DNA of 64,000 nucleotides from a virus (taxonomy: Duplodnaviria > Caudoviricetes), in IMG/VR virus record IMGVR_UViG_3300050821_001527, positions 138,883 to 202,882 of that record; one strand, 5' to 3'. This document shows, piece after piece, positions 62,301 through 64,000 of the stretch (position 1 is its first letter; each line of letters opens with the position of its first letter). A program made the position numbers and the translations under genes. Below the pieces are notes generated by a model. That model did not search any database and had not been told where the DNA came from. It saw only the letters and a program-made list of their open reading frames with translations.

Positions 62301-62466
62301 GGTGCCGGATGGTGACAGGGTGCTGCTCCTTGAGAACGATGACTATTCGTATTACGCCATCGCCACCCCCGAACAGGCCAAAACCGTCAAGGTCAAGGAC
62401 TTGATTAAGGTGGAGACTGCCGGGGTGAACTTCGGGTTCTACCGAAAGATTGCAAAAAAGGCTTGA
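59352..62466 (+). other. Hypothetical CDS (59352-59531 Ala/Lys-rich; 59531-59806; 59825-60007; 60007-60501; 60537-60902; 61092-61283; 61532-61936; 61958-62194; 62266-62466)
   Basis: ORF track plus promoter-defined starts. Confidence 0.6.
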
Positions 62467-62497
62467 CATAAATTGAATTTTAATTCATACTCTTAAC

Positions 62498-62767
62498 ATG
62501 ATTGAAACTAAGCCGAAATCCACGCGAGGCCGCACCAAGGGCAGTTACAGCTTCATCGTTCTGCCCCTCAAGGATGTGGTGAAACAACTTACCGGGGTGG
62601 ACATTGCCTCCCCAATCCAAGCAACCTTTTCCGTCAAGTGGGTGGAAGCTGTTGGCATCCAGACCAGCGCCATCGCCAAGAACAGCCTCGAAACCGCCAA
62701 ACAAACCACCGTCGCAACTGCCGAAGGCGAACCCATCGCCCCATTGTCCCCCGAAATCGAACTGTAA
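62498..62767 (+). CDS. Small protein with an AT-hook-like motif
   Basis: KPKSTRGRTKGS near the N-terminus; promoter spacer contains the inverted repeat TGAATT-TT-AATTCA. Confidence 0.55.
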   Translation: MIETKPKSTRGRTKGSYSFIVLPLKDVVKQLTGVDIASPIQATFSVKWVEAVGIQTSAIAKNSLETAKQTTVATAEGEPIAPLSPEIEL

Positions 62768-62985
62768 TACATGAACAAACTACCCCAGCACTTTTGGGCC
62801 ATTCACAAGAAGGTTTATAACCGTGAGTGGCTGTTCCTCGACAAATCAACCCGCCGCATCATCCTCGCAGACCGCGAAAGCGAGATGGCCGCATGGTTCT
62901 ACAAAATCGTGATGGATAACGCCCTGCGTTTCTTTCTCGACGAGGAACACAACTACAACTCCCGCCACCGCTTCCAATACGCCCG

Positions 62986-63144
62986 ATGAAACTCATTCTA
63001 GGCATACTAATGGGCGGGGTGTGTGGTGTCCTGTCGGTCTTGGGATACCAGCAGCAGGGCGGCATACTTGGCTTGGCCATCATCGCCACCATCATCACCG
63101 GGGCAATCGCGGCTACGGAAGTCTGCGAAAACTGGAAACAATAA
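62986..63144 (+). CDS. Small two-TM protein (absent from the ORF track)
   Basis: MKLILGILMGGVCGVLSVLG...ILGLAIIATIITGAIAA. Confidence 0.6.
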   Translation: MKLILGILMGGVCGVLSVLGYQQQGGILGLAIIATIITGAIAATEVCENWKQ

Positions 63145-63186
63145 ACCCTTGACAAGTTAAGACAGTTCGTATAGATTGGTGGAGTT

Positions 63187-64000
63187 ATGACTATCACATC
63201 TAAAGCAAGCTCGGACGTTTTCGCCGAAGTCGTGGGACAGGCGAGCGTGAAACGAAAGCTCAATTTCTTCCTGACTGCCGCGCAGGACACCGGAACGGTT
63301 CCCCCGCTCCTGTTCCCCGCAGCCAAGGGGGTTGGGAAAACCTTCATCGCCAAGGAGTTTCGCAAGGGACTCTATCAGCGCACCGGGGATGACGCGGGGC
63401 AGCGCAAGCCGCTCTACCCGTTCAACTGCGCCACCATCAAGAACGCCAAGCAGTTCTTCAACTGGATAATCTCCAACCGCATTCAGGACAAGGAAGTCAC
63501 CATCCTGCTGGACGAGTCCCACAAGCTGCCCAACGACCTGTCGGAAGCCCTGTTGACGGTGCTGCAACCCAACAAGGAAAACAAAAACTCCCTGACCTTC
63601 GATGATTATGTCTTGGAGTTCGACATGGCCCGCATTACGTGGATGTTCTGCACCAGCGAAGTCCACAAGATGAACAAGCCCCTCGTTGACCGCTTGGAGC
63701 GTGTTGAACTTGAGGAATATACGGTTGACGAACTGGCGGAAATCGTTCGCCGCAACCTGCCCGAAGTCCAGTTTGACGACGGGGTTCTGGAAACCGAAGT
63801 GGTGCCCGTGTTGCGCGGCAATGCCCGCTCTGCTCAAAAGATGGCTGGCCACATCAAGTCCTTTTTGGGCAAGTCGCTGGCGTTCTTCGCCGAAGATTGG
63901 GCGCAAATTAAGCTGGCCTTGGGCATCAACCCCCTCGGCCTGACGCCGCAGGAAATCAAGGTGCTGCGTATCTTGGCGCAACACAAGGAAACCAGCCTGA
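63187..64000 (+). CDS. ruvB: RuvB-like AAA+ ATPase, 3'-partial (missed by the ORF track because it has no stop)
   Basis: F.EVVGQ..VK; Walker A AKGVGKT; Walker B ILLDESH; VDRL; RGNARSA; LGINPLGL. Confidence 0.85.
   Translation, partial: MTITSKASSDVFAEVVGQASVKRKLNFFLTAAQDTGTVPPLLFPAAKGVGKTFIAKEFRKGLYQRTGDDAGQRKPLYPFNCATIKNAKQFFNWIISNRIQDKEVTILLDESHKLPNDLSEALLTVLQPNKENKNSLTFDDYVLEFDMARITWMFCTSEVHKMNKPLVDRLERVELEEYTVDELAEIVRRNLPEVQFDDGVLETEVVPVLRGNARSAQKMAGHIKSFLGKSLAFFAEDWAQIKLALGINPLGLTPQEIKVLRILAQHKETSL

Noticed and set aside
63157-63984. 275-aa minus-strand ORF in the track
   Set aside because: It is the antisense shadow of the RuvB-like gene, which the track missed because that gene runs off the window.
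1-64000. CRISPR array, retron/DGR reverse transcriptase, integrase or transposase
   Set aside because: No regularly spaced direct repeats and no YADD or recombinase motifs seen. The dispersed repeats are promoters and junction motifs.

Overview
This is 64 kb of a large, apparently lytic dsDNA phage genome (about 50% GC), almost all on the + strand; the host cannot be identified from sequence alone. It holds roughly 150 mostly small ORFs. Recognisable genes cover nucleotide metabolism (ThyA, DHFR, dUTPase, dCMP deaminase, dATP/dGTP diphosphohydrolase, MazG-like), RNA-end healing and sealing (RtcB, cyclic-phosphate receiver domain, HAD, two calcineurin-like phosphoesterases, DHH, histidine phosphatase), DNA ligase, unlinked rIIB and rIIA, an SPFH lipoprotein, five HNH nucleases and a RuvB-like ATPase at the right edge. 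Five things stand out. (1) At least four non-coding RNAs of 136-285 nt keep a tRNA acceptor stem and T arm (two also keep a D arm, two end in ACCA) but carry large structured inserts where the anticodon and variable arms belong; a degenerate tRNA-Gln sits beside them. (2) An orphan MunI-type restriction endonuclease lies in a window where my manual scan found no CAATTG site. (3) About 40 sigma70 promoters are present, and about 30 place the ATG about 6 nt after the -10 box, implying pervasive leaderless mRNAs. (4) A second motif, GTGTAAT, precedes all four mobile-looking HNH genes and a hidden antisense peptide. (5) An AATTCAATWWAT motif recurs at about 19 gene junctions. All motif counts and RNA structures were read by eye and need computational confirmation.
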